The notes under the pieces are model-generated. The model ran no database searches, had not been told where the DNA came from, and saw only the letters and a list, made by a program, of their open reading frames with translations. DNA of 56,761 bases from Patescibacteria group bacterium (GTDB lineage Bacteria > Patescibacteriota > Minisyncoccia > Minisyncoccales > DG-74-3): the NCBI GenBank assembly GCA_043818355.1, contig JBDRFX010000008.1, positions 1-56,761 of the forward strand, given 5' to 3'. Positions 15,965 to 26,627 of the stretch are shown here, in pieces. Both the position numbers and the translations under genes were made by a program. The first letter of the stretch is position 1. Each line of letters starts with the position of its first letter.

Positions 15965-18070
15965 ATGCCAAGAGAATATCCCATAAATCGTTATCGTGAT
16001 ATCGGCGTTATCGCCCATATTGATGCTGGAAAAACTACAGTTTCTGAGCGTATTTTATATTACACGGGTGTTTCTCATAAAATAGGAGAGGTTCATCATG
16101 GAGAAGCTACTATGGACTGGATGGAACAAGAAAGAGAAAGAGGTATTACTATTACAGCAGCTGCTACAACTTGTTTTTGGACTCCTACAGATGCAGAGAA
16201 AATCAAAGAGAATGAATGCAGAATTAATATTATTGATACCCCCGGACATATTGACTTTACAGCTGAAGTTCAGAGATCTTTGAGAGTACTTGATGGAGCA
16301 GTGGTTGTTTTTGATGGAGTGGCTGGAGTAGAGCCTCAATCAGAGACCGTTTGGAGACAAGCCGATAAGTTTGAAGTTCCAAGAATCTGTTTTATTAATA
16401 AAATGGATAAGATTGGCGCAGATTTTATTAAAAGCGTAGAAAGTATTTGGGAGAAACTTACTCCAAAGGCAGTGATAGCCCAACTTCCAATAGGAGCTGA
16501 GGGAGATTTGTCTGGTACTATTGACCTGTTGACAATGAAGGCCATGAGATATGAAGGAGAAATGGGGAAAGAAATCAAGTTTGAAGAAATACCAGCAGAC
16601 TTTAAAGAAGAAGCTGAAACCTGGAGAGCAAAATTAATTGAGAAGATAGCAGGAGAGGACGAGGCCATATTAGAAAAATATTTAAATAAAGAAGAGCTTT
16701 CTGTTGAAGAACTAAGAGCTTCTTTAAGAAGATCAGTTATTGCTTATAGGCTAGTCCCTGTTTTTGTTGGTTCTGCCCTAAAGAATATAGGAGTTCAGGC
16801 TATGTTGGATGGAGTTGATTATTATCTCCCAAGTCCAATAGATTTGCCTCCTGTTAAGGGACAAGCTTTAAAAACAGAAGAAGAACTAATCAGGAAGCCA
16901 GACGATAATGAACCATTTTCTGCACTAGCCTTTAAAGTTGCCACAGATCCTTACGTTGGAACATTAACTTTCTTTAGAGTTTATTCTGGATTTTTGAAAA
17001 AAGGTTCCTATGTTTTGAATACAAATTCTGGAGAAAAAGAAAGAATAGGAAGAATTTTAAGAATGCACGCTAACCAAAGAGAAGAGGTGGACGAGATTTT
17101 TACAGGAGACATTGCCGCTACCGTTGGTTTGAAGAAAACCAGTACAGGGCACACTCTATGTGATGAAAACAATCCAATCATTTTGGAAAATATTACTTTC
17201 CCAGAACCAGTTATTTCTATTAGGATTGAGCCCAAAACAAAGGGAGATCAAGAAAAAATGGCTCTTTCTTTGAAGAAATTAGCTGAAGAAGATCCAACCT
17301 TTAGAATTAAGACTGATCCTGATACAGGAGAAACTCTTATTTCTGGAATGGGAGAATTACATTTGGAAATTATTATTGATAGAATGAAAAGAGAATTTGG
17401 AGTGGAAGCCAGTGTTGGTAAGCCTCAAGTAGCATATAAAGAAACCATTAAATCTGAAGCTCAAGCTGAGTCTAAATATGTTCGCCAATCTGGTGGTAAA
17501 GGACAATATGGTCACGTAATGATTAGGGTTATGCCTCAAGAAAGAGGAAAAGGATTTGAATTTATAGATAAGATTAAAGGTGGAGTTATTCCTAAAGAAT
17601 TTATTCCGGCAATAGAAAAAGGTATTAAAGAAGCTATGGATAAGGGTGTTTTAGCTGGGTATCCTTTAGTTGATTTATCAGCTACACTCTATGATGGTTC
17701 TTTCCATGATGTTGATTCTTCTGAAATGGCCTTTAAAATTGCAGGATCTATGGCTCTTCAAGATGCGGTTAAAAAAGCCAATCTTATTCTTTTGGAACCA
17801 GTTATGAAATTAGAGGTAATTATTCCTGAAAAGTTTTTTGGAGACATTATATCTGACCTATCTTCTAGAAGAGGAAAAATTAATGACACACAGGATAGAT
17901 TACAGCTTAAAATTATTGATGCCAAGGTTCCTTTAGCTGAAATGTTTGGCTATGCCACATCTCTTAGGAGTTTAACTGAAGGAAGGGGAAACTTTACAAT
18001 GGAGTTCGATTCTTATGAAGAAATCCCTCAAAATATTACTGATGAGGTGATCGCTGGGAAGAGGAAATAG
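15965..18070 (+). CDS. fusA: Elongation factor G
   Basis: [21 protein letters not shown]; 701 aa. Confidence 0.97.
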   Translation: MPREYPINRYRDIGVIAHIDAGKTTVSERILYYTGVSHKIGEVHHGEATMDWMEQERERGITITAAATTCFWTPTDAEKIKENECRINIIDTPGHIDFTAEVQRSLRVLDGAVVVFDGVAGVEPQSETVWRQADKFEVPRICFINKMDKIGADFIKSVESIWEKLTPKAVIAQLPIGAEGDLSGTIDLLTMKAMRYEGEMGKEIKFEEIPADFKEEAETWRAKLIEKIAGEDEAILEKYLNKEELSVEELRASLRRSVIAYRLVPVFVGSALKNIGVQAMLDGVDYYLPSPIDLPPVKGQALKTEEELIRKPDDNEPFSALAFKVATDPYVGTLTFFRVYSGFLKKGSYVLNTNSGEKERIGRILRMHANQREEVDEIFTGDIAATVGLKKTSTGHTLCDENNPIILENITFPEPVISIRIEPKTKGDQEKMALSLKKLAEEDPTFRIKTDPDTGETLISGMGELHLEIIIDRMKREFGVEASVGKPQVAYKETIKSEAQAESKYVRQSGGKGQYGHVMIRVMPQERGKGFEFIDKIKGGVIPKEFIPAIEKGIKEAMDKGVLAGYPLVDLSATLYDGSFHDVDSSEMAFKIAGSMALQDAVKKANLILLEPVMKLEVIIPEKFFGDIISDLSSRRGKINDTQDRLQLKIIDAKVPLAEMFGYATSLRSLTEGRGNFTMEFDSYEEIPQNITDEVIAGKRK

Positions 18071-18076
18071 AATAAC

Positions 18077-18105
18077 TTGACTTTTTTTGAGAAAACTAAT
18101 AAAAT
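18077..18105 (+). promoter_or_regulatory. Internal promoter TTGACT-N17-TAAAAT ahead of tuf
   Basis: Hexamers and spacer read directly; an A-rich 80-nt leader follows. Confidence 0.5.
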
Positions 18106-18184
18106 AGGAGATATTAAAAAAATTAAAGGAGAAATTAATTTTTAAAAAAATTAAAAAAAGTAAAAAAATTAAATAAAAAAAATT

Positions 18185-19390
18185 ATGGCAGAAAAAGAGA
18201 AATTTCAAAGAGGAAAACCTCACGTTAATGTTGGGACTATTGGCCACGTTGACCACGGAAAAACCTCACTTTCAGCAGCTATCCTTAAGATTTCAACCTT
18301 AAGGGGTTTTAAGGCTTCTGAAAAATTTACGGTTGACGATATTGATTCTTCTCCTGAAGAGAGAGCAAAAGGTGGAGTAACAATTACTGTTTCTCATCTT
18401 GAGTTTGAAACAGAGAAGCGTCATTATGCTTTGATTGATTGTCCAGGACATGCTGACTACATTAAAAATATGATTGTTGGAGCCGCTCAGATGGACGGTG
18501 CTATTTTAGTTGTATCAGCTCCTGATGGACCAATGCCTCAGACAAGAGAACATATTCTTTTGGCTCGTCAGGTTGGTTTGCCATCATTAGTGGTTTTCTT
18601 AAATAAAGTTGATCTAGTGGATGATCCTGAAATGCTAGACTTGGTTGAATCTGAAATCAGAGAGCTTTTGAACAAATATGAGTTTCCAGGAGACACTACT
18701 CCAATTATTAGAGGTTCTGCTATGAAAGCTATGGCAGTCAAATCAGTTGATGATGAGGCAGCAAAACCAATTCTAGAACTTATGAAAATAGTGGATGAGT
18801 ACATTCCACAGCCAGAAAGAGTACTCGACAAACCATTTTTAATGTCCATAGAAGACGTTTTCTCTATTGAAGGTCGTGGTACAGTTGCTACTGGTAGAAT
18901 TGAAAGGGGAATAATTAATGCTAACGAAGAAGTAGAAGTAGTTGGCTTGAAAGATACTCAAAAAACTACAGCTGTTTCAGTTGAGATGTTTAACAAGATG
19001 CTTGACAGAGGAGAGGCTGGAGATAATGTCGGTATTTTATTGAGAGGATTAAAGAAAGATCAAGTAGAAAGAGGACAAGTTTTAGCAAAACCAGGGTCAA
19101 TTCAACCTCATACAGAGTTTGTAGGTGAAATTTATGTCCTAACTAAAGATGAAGGTGGAAGACACACACCATTCTTTAAGGGATATAAGCCTCAGTTTTT
19201 CTTTACTACAACTGATGTTACTGGGGACGTTGTCCTACCCGAAGGAACAGAAATGGTTATGCCAGGAGATACAGTTAGTATAACCGTTAATTTGATGGCC
19301 CCTATTGCCATGGAAGACAAACAAAAATTTGCTATTCGTGAAGGAGGAAAGACCGTTGGATCTGGGGTTATAGTTAAGATAATTAAGTAA
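18185..19390 (+). CDS. tuf: Elongation factor Tu
   Basis: [20 protein letters not shown]. Confidence 0.97.
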   Translation: MAEKEKFQRGKPHVNVGTIGHVDHGKTSLSAAILKISTLRGFKASEKFTVDDIDSSPEERAKGGVTITVSHLEFETEKRHYALIDCPGHADYIKNMIVGAAQMDGAILVVSAPDGPMPQTREHILLARQVGLPSLVVFLNKVDLVDDPEMLDLVESEIRELLNKYEFPGDTTPIIRGSAMKAMAVKSVDDEAAKPILELMKIVDEYIPQPERVLDKPFLMSIEDVFSIEGRGTVATGRIERGIINANEEVEVVGLKDTQKTTAVSVEMFNKMLDRGEAGDNVGILLRGLKKDQVERGQVLAKPGSIQPHTEFVGEIYVLTKDEGGRHTPFFKGYKPQFFFTTTDVTGDVVLPEGTEMVMPGDTVSITVNLMAPIAMEDKQKFAIREGGKTVGSGVIVKIIK

Positions 19391-19408
19391 AATTTAATTT
19401 TGAATTAG

Positions 19409-19753
19409 ATGGCAGTTAAGTTAGCACAGAAAGAACAAAAAAATGAAAGTGCCTTGAAAATAAGGATTAAACTTAGGGCATATGACCATAAGGTGATTGA
19501 TAATAGCTGTAATCAAATTGTTGGCGTAGCTGAACGCTATGGAGTTGAGTACTTAGGACCAGTTCCTTTGCCAACAGAGATTAATAAATATACAGTTAAC
19601 AGATCAACTTTTGTTCATAAGAAAGCTAAGGAGCAATTTGAAATGAGAATTCATAAAAGATTCATTGACATTTTGAGTCCTAGCCCCAAGGTTATTGATT
19701 CTTTAATGAACTTGACATTACCAGCAGGAGTTGAAATTGAAATTAAAATGTAA
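19409..19753 (+). CDS. rpsJ: 30S ribosomal protein S10
   Basis: IRIKLRAYDH, GPVPLPT. Confidence 0.95.
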   Translation: MAVKLAQKEQKNESALKIRIKLRAYDHKVIDNSCNQIVGVAERYGVEYLGPVPLPTEINKYTVNRSTFVHKKAKEQFEMRIHKRFIDILSPSPKVIDSLMNLTLPAGVEIEIKM

Positions 19754-19780
19754 ATTTCGCAGACCTGAGATTTTGGAAAT

Positions 19781-19808
19781 GCCGGGTTTAAAACCCCGGT
19801 ATTTTATT
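19781..19808 (+). promoter_or_regulatory. GC hairpin (G)CCGGG-N8-CCCGG(T) followed by a T-rich tract, between rpsJ and rplC
   Basis: 5-6 bp GC stem read directly, followed by TATTTTATT. Confidence 0.4.
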
Positions 19809-19819
19809 AAAGAAATAGC

Positions 19820-20413
19820 ATGAAATTCATATTAGGCAAAAAACTAGATATGTCCCAGATGTTTGATGAAGCAGGTAATTTGATTCCTGTGACTTTGATA
19901 TTGGCTGGACCTTGTGAAGTGACCCAACTGAAAGACGAAGAGAAAGATGGGTATTTTGCCGTACAAGTTGGTTTTGAGAAAATTGAGAAACCTAAAAAAT
20001 CTCTAAAAACTAAACCATTCAAGGTTTTAAGAGAATTTCAAACAGACGAAGAACTTAAGATTGGAGACCTAATTGATGTTTCTATTTTTGAAGTAGGCGA
20101 TAAAGTTCAAGTCGCAGGCACTACCAAGGGAAAGGGATTTCAGGGAGGGGTGAAAAGATATGGTTTCCATGGCCAAAAGGCCACCAGAGGTACAAAGCAT
20201 GAGCATAGAACAATTGGATCTACGGGATCTAGATATCCCCAGAGAGTTGTTAAGGGTAGGAGAATGCCAGGTAGAATGGGTGGAGAAAGAAGAACAGTTA
20301 AAAATCTCACAGTTTTTAAAGCAGATAAAGAAAATAATTTATTAGTTTTAAAAGGAGCGACTCCTGGAAATAAGGGCGCTCTTTTAATGATTAAAGAAGT
20401 TGTCAATCTCTAA
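19820..20413 (+). CDS. rplC: 50S ribosomal protein L3
   Basis: GKGFQGGVKR.GF motif; operon position. Confidence 0.95.
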   Translation: MKFILGKKLDMSQMFDEAGNLIPVTLILAGPCEVTQLKDEEKDGYFAVQVGFEKIEKPKKSLKTKPFKVLREFQTDEELKIGDLIDVSIFEVGDKVQVAGTTKGKGFQGGVKRYGFHGQKATRGTKHEHRTIGSTGSRYPQRVVKGRRMPGRMGGERRTVKNLTVFKADKENNLLVLKGATPGNKGALLMIKEVVNL

Positions 20414-20418
20414 ATAAC

Positions 20419-21066
20419 ATGGAAACACCTCTTTACAATATAGAAGGAAAGGAGATAGAAAAGATTTCTTTACCCAAAGAAATTTTTGAGGTTGAAGTGA
20501 AACATGAATTAATTCATCAGATTTTTGAATCTCAGAGAGCCAATCAAAGGAAAGTTATAGCTCATACTAAAGATAGATCAGAAGTTTCCGGTGGAGGTAA
20601 AAAACCTTGGAGACAGAAAGGGACAGGAAGAGCTCGTCATGGATCTAATCGTTCTCCAATTTGGAGAAAGGGTGGAGTTACATTCGGCCCAACCAATGAA
20701 AGAAATTTCAAGAAAACGATTCCTAATAAAATGAGAATCAAAGGGCTTTTAATGGTTTTATCAGCTAAAGCTGTTGATAAAAGACTTTTTGTTGTTGAAG
20801 AATTAAAATTAGAAAAACCAAAGACTAAAAAAATGGTTAAAATGATTGATAACATGAGAGCAAATGTTAAAGAATTTGAAAAAGGAAGTGTATTGTTAGC
20901 TTTACCTGAATTAAACAAGAATGTTATTTTGTCTACCAGGAATATTGTTAAAACTAAAACAATTGAAGCAAGAAATTTGAATGTTTTGGAATTATTGAAT
21001 TATAAAAATTTGATAATATCAAAGTCTTCAATAAAAGTAATTAAAGAAACCTTTTTAAAGAAATAA
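20419..21066 (+). CDS. rplD: 50S ribosomal protein L4
   Basis: GGGKKPWRQKGTGRAR. Confidence 0.95.
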   Translation: METPLYNIEGKEIEKISLPKEIFEVEVKHELIHQIFESQRANQRKVIAHTKDRSEVSGGGKKPWRQKGTGRARHGSNRSPIWRKGGVTFGPTNERNFKKTIPNKMRIKGLLMVLSAKAVDKRLFVVEELKLEKPKTKKMVKMIDNMRANVKEFEKGSVLLALPELNKNVILSTRNIVKTKTIEARNLNVLELLNYKNLIISKSSIKVIKETFLKK

Positions 21067-21067
21067 T

Positions 21068-21523
21068 ATGGCAGCTATTTTTGATGTATTCAAAAAAAAG
21101 GTCTCAGAGGCCAAAAATAAAGAAAGAATTGAGAAAAAACCTGTTGTAGAGAAAGAAGAAGAAAAAGCTCCTTTTATTAAAGATGAAAAAGAAAATAAAA
21201 CGAAAAAGATTATTAAGAAAAAAAAAGTTAATATTAAAAAATCAGAATTGATTGCAAAAACGATAAGAAATCCCCACATCACCGAAAAGGCCACTCTTTT
21301 ATCAGAAAGCGCTAAATATGTTTTTAAAGTGTATAATAGAGCTAATAAGATTGATGTAAAAAGAGCTGTAGAGGCACTTTATGGAGTGAATGTCCTTTCT
21401 GTGAATATCTTGAATACGAAGTCTAAGAAAGTAAGGGTGGGTAAAATTATTGGTAAGAAATCTGGTTTTAAAAAGGCTATAGTAAAAATTAAAAAAGATC
21501 AAAAGATTGATATTACATCATAG
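21068..21523 (+). CDS. rplW: 50S ribosomal protein L23 with a ~55-aa Lys/Glu-rich N-terminal extension
   Basis: Conserved core starts at about IRNPHITEKA. The ATG lies 1 nt after the rplD stop. Confidence 0.88.
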   Translation: MAAIFDVFKKKVSEAKNKERIEKKPVVEKEEEKAPFIKDEKENKTKKIIKKKKVNIKKSELIAKTIRNPHITEKATLLSESAKYVFKVYNRANKIDVKRAVEALYGVNVLSVNILNTKSKKVRVGKIIGKKSGFKKAIVKIKKDQKIDITS

Positions 21524-21531
21524 ATAAATCG

Positions 21532-22341
21532 ATGAGAAGAAAAACCGTCCAAAGAACTGCATATAAGATATTAGCGAAGAAAAAACCTGAAAAGAAGTTG
21601 CTTTTAAATTTGAAGAAAAAAGCAGGACGATCTAGCTCGGGAAGACTTAGTATCAGACATAGGGGTGGTGGAGTGAAAACTCTTTACAGGATAGTTGACT
21701 TTGGGCAAAAAATGATTGATATGCCTGCTAAGGTTATAGCTTTAGAATATGACCCAAATAGAACTGCCTTTTTGGCGCTTTTAGAATACGAGAATGGTGA
21801 AAAGACATATAGAATCGCAGCTCATGGAATGAAAGTAGGAGATAGTGTTATTTGTGCAGAAAAAGCAGAGCCTGAAATTGGGAATAGAATGAAATTAAAA
21901 AATATTCCTTCTGGTACACCAATATTTAATATTGAAATTATTCCTGGTAATAGAAGCAAAATGGTTAGAAGCGCTGGAACTTCGGCTCAGATTATTGCCA
22001 AAGAGGGAAAATATTGTAATATACAAATGCCTTCAAAAGAGATTAGAAAAATTTTGTTAGAAAGTTTTGCTACAATGGGGCAAGTTTCTCATCCAGAGAA
22101 AAGATTTGAAAAATTAGGAAAGGCGGGAACAAAGAGAAGAAAGGGATGGAGACCAACAGTTAGGGGATCAGCAATGAACCCCAGAGACCATCCTCATGGA
22201 GGTGGAGAGGGAAAAGCTCCTATTGGAATGCCTGGCCCAAAAACTAAATGGGGTAAGCCTGCTATGGGAGTAAAAACTAGAACGAGAAAATCAACCAATA
22301 AGTATATAATTAAAAGAAGACAACAGCAAAAAAGAAAATGA
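21532..22341 (+). CDS. rplB: 50S ribosomal protein L2
   Basis: GGGVKTLYRIVDF, MNPRDHPHGGGEG. Confidence 0.96.
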   Translation: MRRKTVQRTAYKILAKKKPEKKLLLNLKKKAGRSSSGRLSIRHRGGGVKTLYRIVDFGQKMIDMPAKVIALEYDPNRTAFLALLEYENGEKTYRIAAHGMKVGDSVICAEKAEPEIGNRMKLKNIPSGTPIFNIEIIPGNRSKMVRSAGTSAQIIAKEGKYCNIQMPSKEIRKILLESFATMGQVSHPEKRFEKLGKAGTKRRKGWRPTVRGSAMNPRDHPHGGGEGKAPIGMPGPKTKWGKPAMGVKTRTRKSTNKYIIKRRQQQKRK

Positions 22342-22368
22342 TTATTCAGAAATCATTAATTAATTAAT

Positions 22369-22653
22369 ATGGCAAGATCAATCAAAAAGGGTCCATACGT
22401 AGATCCAGTAATACTGAAGAAAATAAAAGATAAAAACCCTGGTGACATTATTAAAACTTGGTCTAGGGCTTGTGTTATTTCTCCAGAAATGATCGGCTTT
22501 ACTTTTGCTGTTCATAATGGTAAAGATTTTATACCAGTAAAGGCAACAGAAAATATGGTAGGTCATAGATTGGGGGAATTTTCTCAGACTACTAAATTTG
22601 TTAGGCACGGAGGAAGAATGCAAAGAGAAATAGAATCAAAATCTGAAAAATAA
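22369..22653 (+). CDS. rpsS: 30S ribosomal protein S19
   Basis: [16 protein letters not shown]. Confidence 0.95.
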   Translation: MARSIKKGPYVDPVILKKIKDKNPGDIIKTWSRACVISPEMIGFTFAVHNGKDFIPVKATENMVGHRLGEFSQTTKFVRHGGRMQREIESKSEK

Positions 22654-22654
22654 T

Positions 22655-23194
22655 ATGAGAGCAAAATTAAGTTATTTAAGAATAGCGCCTAGAAAGACCA
22701 GAATGGTAGCAGATCTGATTAGAGGAAAAACAGTTGAGGAAGCTCAGACTATTTTGAAATTTACTGTAAAAAAGTCTTCCTTGCCTATTTTAAAACTTTT
22801 GAAGTCAGCCGTAGCTTCAGCAGTTAATAATTTTAAACTAGAAGAGCTTAATTTAAAAATTGCTAAAATTGTTGTTGACGGAGGACCAATGCTCAAAAGA
22901 TGGAGACCAAGGGCTAGAGGTAGAGCTTTTCCAATTCAAAAGAAGACTTCCAATGTTACAATAATCTTAGAAGAAATTGAAAAAAGTGAAGAGAAAAAGA
23001 TTGAAAAGAAAAAAGCAATAAAAACGATTGAGAAGACTGTTAAGATTGTTAAAACTAAGGCTGATTCTAAGGAAGAGAAAGAAGAAAATAAGGAAGATAA
23101 AGATAATAAAGCGAAAATTAATCTTAAAGACGATAGACTAAAGAGGTCAGTGAAACCTACTGGCAAAAGATTTTTTAGAAGAAAATCATTCTGA
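22655..23194 (+). CDS. rplV: 50S ribosomal protein L22 with a ~70-aa Lys/Glu-rich C-terminal extension
   Basis: Core through ITIILEE, then a KE-rich tail. Confidence 0.9.
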   Translation: MRAKLSYLRIAPRKTRMVADLIRGKTVEEAQTILKFTVKKSSLPILKLLKSAVASAVNNFKLEELNLKIAKIVVDGGPMLKRWRPRARGRAFPIQKKTSNVTIILEEIEKSEEKKIEKKKAIKTIEKTVKIVKTKADSKEEKEENKEDKDNKAKINLKDDRLKRSVKPTGKRFFRRKSF

Positions 23195-23203
23195 TAAAAT
23201 AAA

Positions 23204-23950
23204 ATGGCACATAAAGTACACCAAAAGATATTTAGAATAAAGGAAATGAAAGACTGGGAAACCAGGGGCTTTTACAAGAGCAAAGATTTTTCTAAATTAC
23301 TGGAAGAAGATTTTGTGATTAGAGAATTCTTGAACGAAAAATTAAAGAAAGTCGGTATTGAAAGCATTAAGATAGAACGCTTTCCTAGTAAAACCAATGT
23401 GATTATTTCAACTCTAAAGCCAGGCTTTATTATTGGTAGAGGAGGAAAAGGAATAGAAGATTTGAAGGTGGCTTTGATAAAAGAAATTTCCAAGATAAGG
23501 AAATTAAGAACTAAAAATGATCAAAAAAAGGAAGAAGACCTTCCAATGAAATCAGGAGAAATAAGATTAGATATTCAAGAAGTTAAAAATCCTTGGGGTT
23601 CAGCTATTTTAATAGCTCAATGGATGGCTCAACAGATAGAAAGAAGGGTGGCTTTCAGAAGAGTATTAAAACAAGCTTTATCTAAAACTGATACAGTGAA
23701 AGAAATTAAGGGTTGCAGAGTACAGGTTGCCGGAAGACTGAATGGAGTAGAAATTGCTAGAAAAGAATGGTTACAACAAGGCAAGATGCCAAGAAACAAT
23801 TTGAGAGCTGACATTGATTATGCCGCATACGAAGCCAATTGTACCTATGGAGTAGTTGGAATAAAGGTTTGGGTTTATAAGGGAGAAAAATTTGAAGAAA
23901 AACAAGAAGAAAAGAAAGCAAAAACAGAAAAGAAAAGCATTGTAAAATAA
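23204..23950 (+). CDS. rpsC: 30S ribosomal protein S3 with a Lys/Glu-rich tail
   Basis: KH-domain GRGGKGIEDLK; operon position. Confidence 0.95.
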   Translation: MAHKVHQKIFRIKEMKDWETRGFYKSKDFSKLLEEDFVIREFLNEKLKKVGIESIKIERFPSKTNVIISTLKPGFIIGRGGKGIEDLKVALIKEISKIRKLRTKNDQKKEEDLPMKSGEIRLDIQEVKNPWGSAILIAQWMAQQIERRVAFRRVLKQALSKTDTVKEIKGCRVQVAGRLNGVEIARKEWLQQGKMPRNNLRADIDYAAYEANCTYGVVGIKVWVYKGEKFEEKQEEKKAKTEKKSIVK

Positions 23951-23954
23951 AAAC

Positions 23955-24368
23955 ATGGCTATATTAACACCCAAAAAAGTTAAACATAGAAAACAGTTTA
24001 AGGCACGAACCAAAGGTATATCTCAAAAAGGAAATACTATTGCTTTCGGATCTTTTGCCTTGAAATCTATGGGAACTAAATGGATTACTGCCCGTCAGAT
24101 AGAAGCTTCTAGAAGAGCTATTATGAGATATTTAAAAAAAGGAGGAAAGCTTTGGATTAGAATGTTTCCAGATAGATCTGTTACTAAAAAAGGTGGAGAA
24201 GTTGGTATGGGTGGAGGAAAAGGGAAGGTAGATCATTATATTTTTCCAATTAAAGCTGGTAGAATAATGTTTGAATTAGCTGGAGTGACAGAAGAGATAG
24301 CCATAGAGGCTTTTAGAAAGGCTTCTGATAAAATGCCAATCAAGACAAAATTTATTAAAAAAGATTAG
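23955..24368 (+). CDS. rplP: 50S ribosomal protein L16
   Basis: PKKVKHRKQ, MGGGKG. Confidence 0.95.
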   Translation: MAILTPKKVKHRKQFKARTKGISQKGNTIAFGSFALKSMGTKWITARQIEASRRAIMRYLKKGGKLWIRMFPDRSVTKKGGEVGMGGGKGKVDHYIFPIKAGRIMFELAGVTEEIAIEAFRKASDKMPIKTKFIKKD

Positions 24369-24369
24369 T

Positions 24370-24552
24370 ATGAAATTTGTTGAATTAATTAAAAAGGACA
24401 AAAAAGAACTGACAACATTGTTGGCCGAAAAGCGTGATAAATTGAGAGCTTTAAGATTTGGTTTGGCTGCAGGAAGAGCAAAGAATATTAGAGAAGTGAG
24501 AGTTTTAAAAAGAGATATAGCCAAAATTTTGACTAAAATTTCAAATATTTAA
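24370..24552 (+). CDS. rpmC: 50S ribosomal protein L29
   Basis: 60 aa; operon position; LR..R. Confidence 0.88.
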   Translation: MKFVELIKKDKKELTTLLAEKRDKLRALRFGLAAGRAKNIREVRVLKRDIAKILTKISNI

Positions 24553-24556
24553 AATT

Positions 24557-24790
24557 ATGCCTAAAAAACAATTAGAAGGAATAATAGTTTCTGACAAAAT
24601 GGATAAAACCGTTGTGGTTAAAGTTGAAAGAATGAAAGAGCATCCCAAATACAAGAAAAGATATAGAGTGCATAAAAAATTTAAAGCTCATGACGAAAAG
24701 GGTGAATTGAAAGTTAACGACAGAGTTGTTATCGAAGAATGTAGTCCTATTAGTAAAGATAAAAATTGGAGGGTGATTAAAAAATTATGA
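24557..24790 (+). CDS. rpsQ: 30S ribosomal protein S17
   Basis: G.VVSDKMDKTVVV; operon position. Confidence 0.93.
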   Translation: MPKKQLEGIIVSDKMDKTVVVKVERMKEHPKYKKRYRVHKKFKAHDEKGELKVNDRVVIEECSPISKDKNWRVIKKL

Positions 24791-25158
24791 TTCAAGAAAG
24801 ATCAATGTTAAATGTAGCGGATAATTCTGGAGCTAGATTGGTGCAATGCATCCGTGTTTTGGGTAGTACTCGCAAAAGATATGCTGGAATTGGTGAAATT
24901 ATAGTAGTGGCCGTTAAGATAGCAGAACCCAGAAGACCCGTTAAAAAACATGAGGTTGTTAGAGCCGTCATTGTCAGACAGAAAAAGAATTTTAAAAGAA
25001 AAGATGGATCTTACATTAAATTTGACGATAATGCAGTTGTTATTTTAGAAGGGCAAACCAAAGAACCAAAGGGTGGAAGAATGTTGGGACCTATTGCGCG
25101 TGAATTAAGAGAGAAAGGATTTGACAAAATAGCATCTTTAGCTAAAGATTTGATTTAA
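24787..25158 (+). CDS. rplN: 50S ribosomal protein L14
   Basis: MIQERSMLNVADNSGAR. Confidence 0.96.
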   Translation: MIQERSMLNVADNSGARLVQCIRVLGSTRKRYAGIGEIIVVAVKIAEPRRPVKKHEVVRAVIVRQKKNFKRKDGSYIKFDDNAVVILEGQTKEPKGGRMLGPIARELREKGFDKIASLAKDLI

Positions 25159-25168
25159 TCTTACTATT

Positions 25169-25474
25169 ATGAAAATCAAGAAGAACGACACAGTATTAAT
25201 AATATCAGGTAAATATTCCAAAAAAACAGGCAAAGTTTTAAGGGTTTTTCCAAAAGAAGAGAAAGTTTTAGTTGAGGGAATTAATTTGAAGAAAAAACAT
25301 CAAAAACCCAAAAGATCTGGAGACAAGGGAGAAATTATAACAATTCCAGCCCCAATGCAGGTTTCTAATGTTAAACTTATTTGCCCAAAGTGTGCTAAAG
25401 CTGTTAGAGTGGGATATAGAACAGAGGGAGGAAAGAAATATAGAATTTGTAAAAAATGCGACAAGGCTATTTAA
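25169..25474 (+). CDS. rplX: 50S ribosomal protein L24 with a C-terminal CPKC...CKKC zinc-ribbon-like motif
   Basis: KOW motif (KKNDTVLIISGKYSKKTGKV); operon position. Confidence 0.92.
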   Translation: MKIKKNDTVLIISGKYSKKTGKVLRVFPKEEKVLVEGINLKKKHQKPKRSGDKGEIITIPAPMQVSNVKLICPKCAKAVRVGYRTEGGKKYRICKKCDKAI

Positions 25475-25478
25475 TATC

Positions 25479-26036
25479 ATGAAAACATTAAAAGAAAAAT
25501 ACGAAAAGGAGGTTATTCCAGCCATGAAAGAGCAGTTTGGTTATAAAAATAACATGGCTATCCCTAAAATTGAAAAAGTAGTTATCAATATTGGTTTTGG
25601 TAAAAAAGTAGCTGGAAAGACTGGAGACGAAAGAAAGAAGATTGCAGAGACCATAAGGAATGACATAAAGATAATTGCTGGTCAGACTCCTGTTTTAACT
25701 AGAGCCAAGAAATCCATTTCAAGTTTTAAAGTTAGAGAGGGAATGGCTGTTGGGGCATCTGTTACTTTGAGGGGTCCCAAGATGAGAGATTTTTTAGAAA
25801 GGGTTATTAATATTGTTTTACCAAGAACAAGAGACTTTCAAGGATTAAACATTAAATCAATTGATAAGGGAGGAAATTTAACTTTTTCTATTCTTGAACA
25901 TATCGCTTTTCCAGAAATAGAACCAGAAAAAGTTAGAGAAATATTAAGTTTAGAAATAACAGTAGTAACTACCGCTCAAGATCAAGAAAGAGGTTTGGCA
26001 TTATTAAGATTATTAGGTTTTCCAATCAAAAAATAA
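25479..26036 (+). CDS. rplE: 50S ribosomal protein L5
   Basis: Conserved start [12 protein letters not shown] at ATG 25479. The track ORF from 25368 overlaps rplX. Confidence 0.94.
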   Translation: MKTLKEKYEKEVIPAMKEQFGYKNNMAIPKIEKVVINIGFGKKVAGKTGDERKKIAETIRNDIKIIAGQTPVLTRAKKSISSFKVREGMAVGASVTLRGPKMRDFLERVINIVLPRTRDFQGLNIKSIDKGGNLTFSILEHIAFPEIEPEKVREILSLEITVVTTAQDQERGLALLRLLGFPIKK

Positions 26037-26037
26037 A

Positions 26038-26223
26038 ATGGCAATTAAGTCCGCAATAGCAAAAGCTAACAAAAAACCAAAGTTTTCATCCAGAAAAGAA
26101 AATCGTTGTTTTAAATGTGGTAGAGGAAGGGGATATATGAGAGCTTTTGGTTTATGTAGAATTTGTTTTAGAGAAATGGCTAACAAAGGTCTTATTCCTG
26201 GAGTTAAAAAAAGTAGCTGGTAA
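26038..26223 (+). CDS. rpsN: 30S ribosomal protein S14, type Z (zinc form)
   Basis: 61 aa; CFKCGR...CRIC. Confidence 0.94.
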   Translation: MAIKSAIAKANKKPKFSSRKENRCFKCGRGRGYMRAFGLCRICFREMANKGLIPGVKKSSW

Positions 26224-26229
26224 AATATA

Positions 26230-26622
26230 ATGACAGATAAAATTACTGACATGTTAAATAGAATTAAGAATGCTCAAGCTGTTAATCACAAAACAGTTGA
26301 GATGCCTTTTTCTAAATTTAAATTTGCAGTAGCTAAGGTTTTAGAAACTAATGGTTTTATCGGGAAGATTGAAAAAAAAGGAAGAAAGACTAAAAAAGTT
26401 TTAGAAATTGTTTTAAAATATAATGACGACAAGACACCAGCCATGAATGGCTTTAAGAAAATTTCAAAACCTGGCCAAAGAATTTATCAGTCTCATACTG
26501 AAATCAATAGGGTAAAGTCGGGTCTAGGAAAAGCTGTTGTGTCTACCTCAAAAGGACTTTTGATAGATGATCAAGTAAGATTTAGAAAAATCGGAGGAGA
26601 AGTATTATTCCATATTTGGTAA
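26230..26622 (+). CDS. rpsH: 30S ribosomal protein S8
   Basis: ITDMLNRIKNA; operon position. Confidence 0.95.
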   Translation: MTDKITDMLNRIKNAQAVNHKTVEMPFSKFKFAVAKVLETNGFIGKIEKKGRKTKKVLEIVLKYNDDKTPAMNGFKKISKPGQRIYQSHTEINRVKSGLGKAVVSTSKGLLIDDQVRFRKIGGEVLFHIW

Positions 26623-26627
26623 AACAT

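Noticed and set aside
18106-18184. A-rich, quasi-repetitive stretch (ATTAAAAAAATTAAA...) before tuf, considered as a repeat array
   Set aside because: It is irregular low-complexity poly-A/T with no defined unit or spacer structure, consistent with an AT-rich leader.
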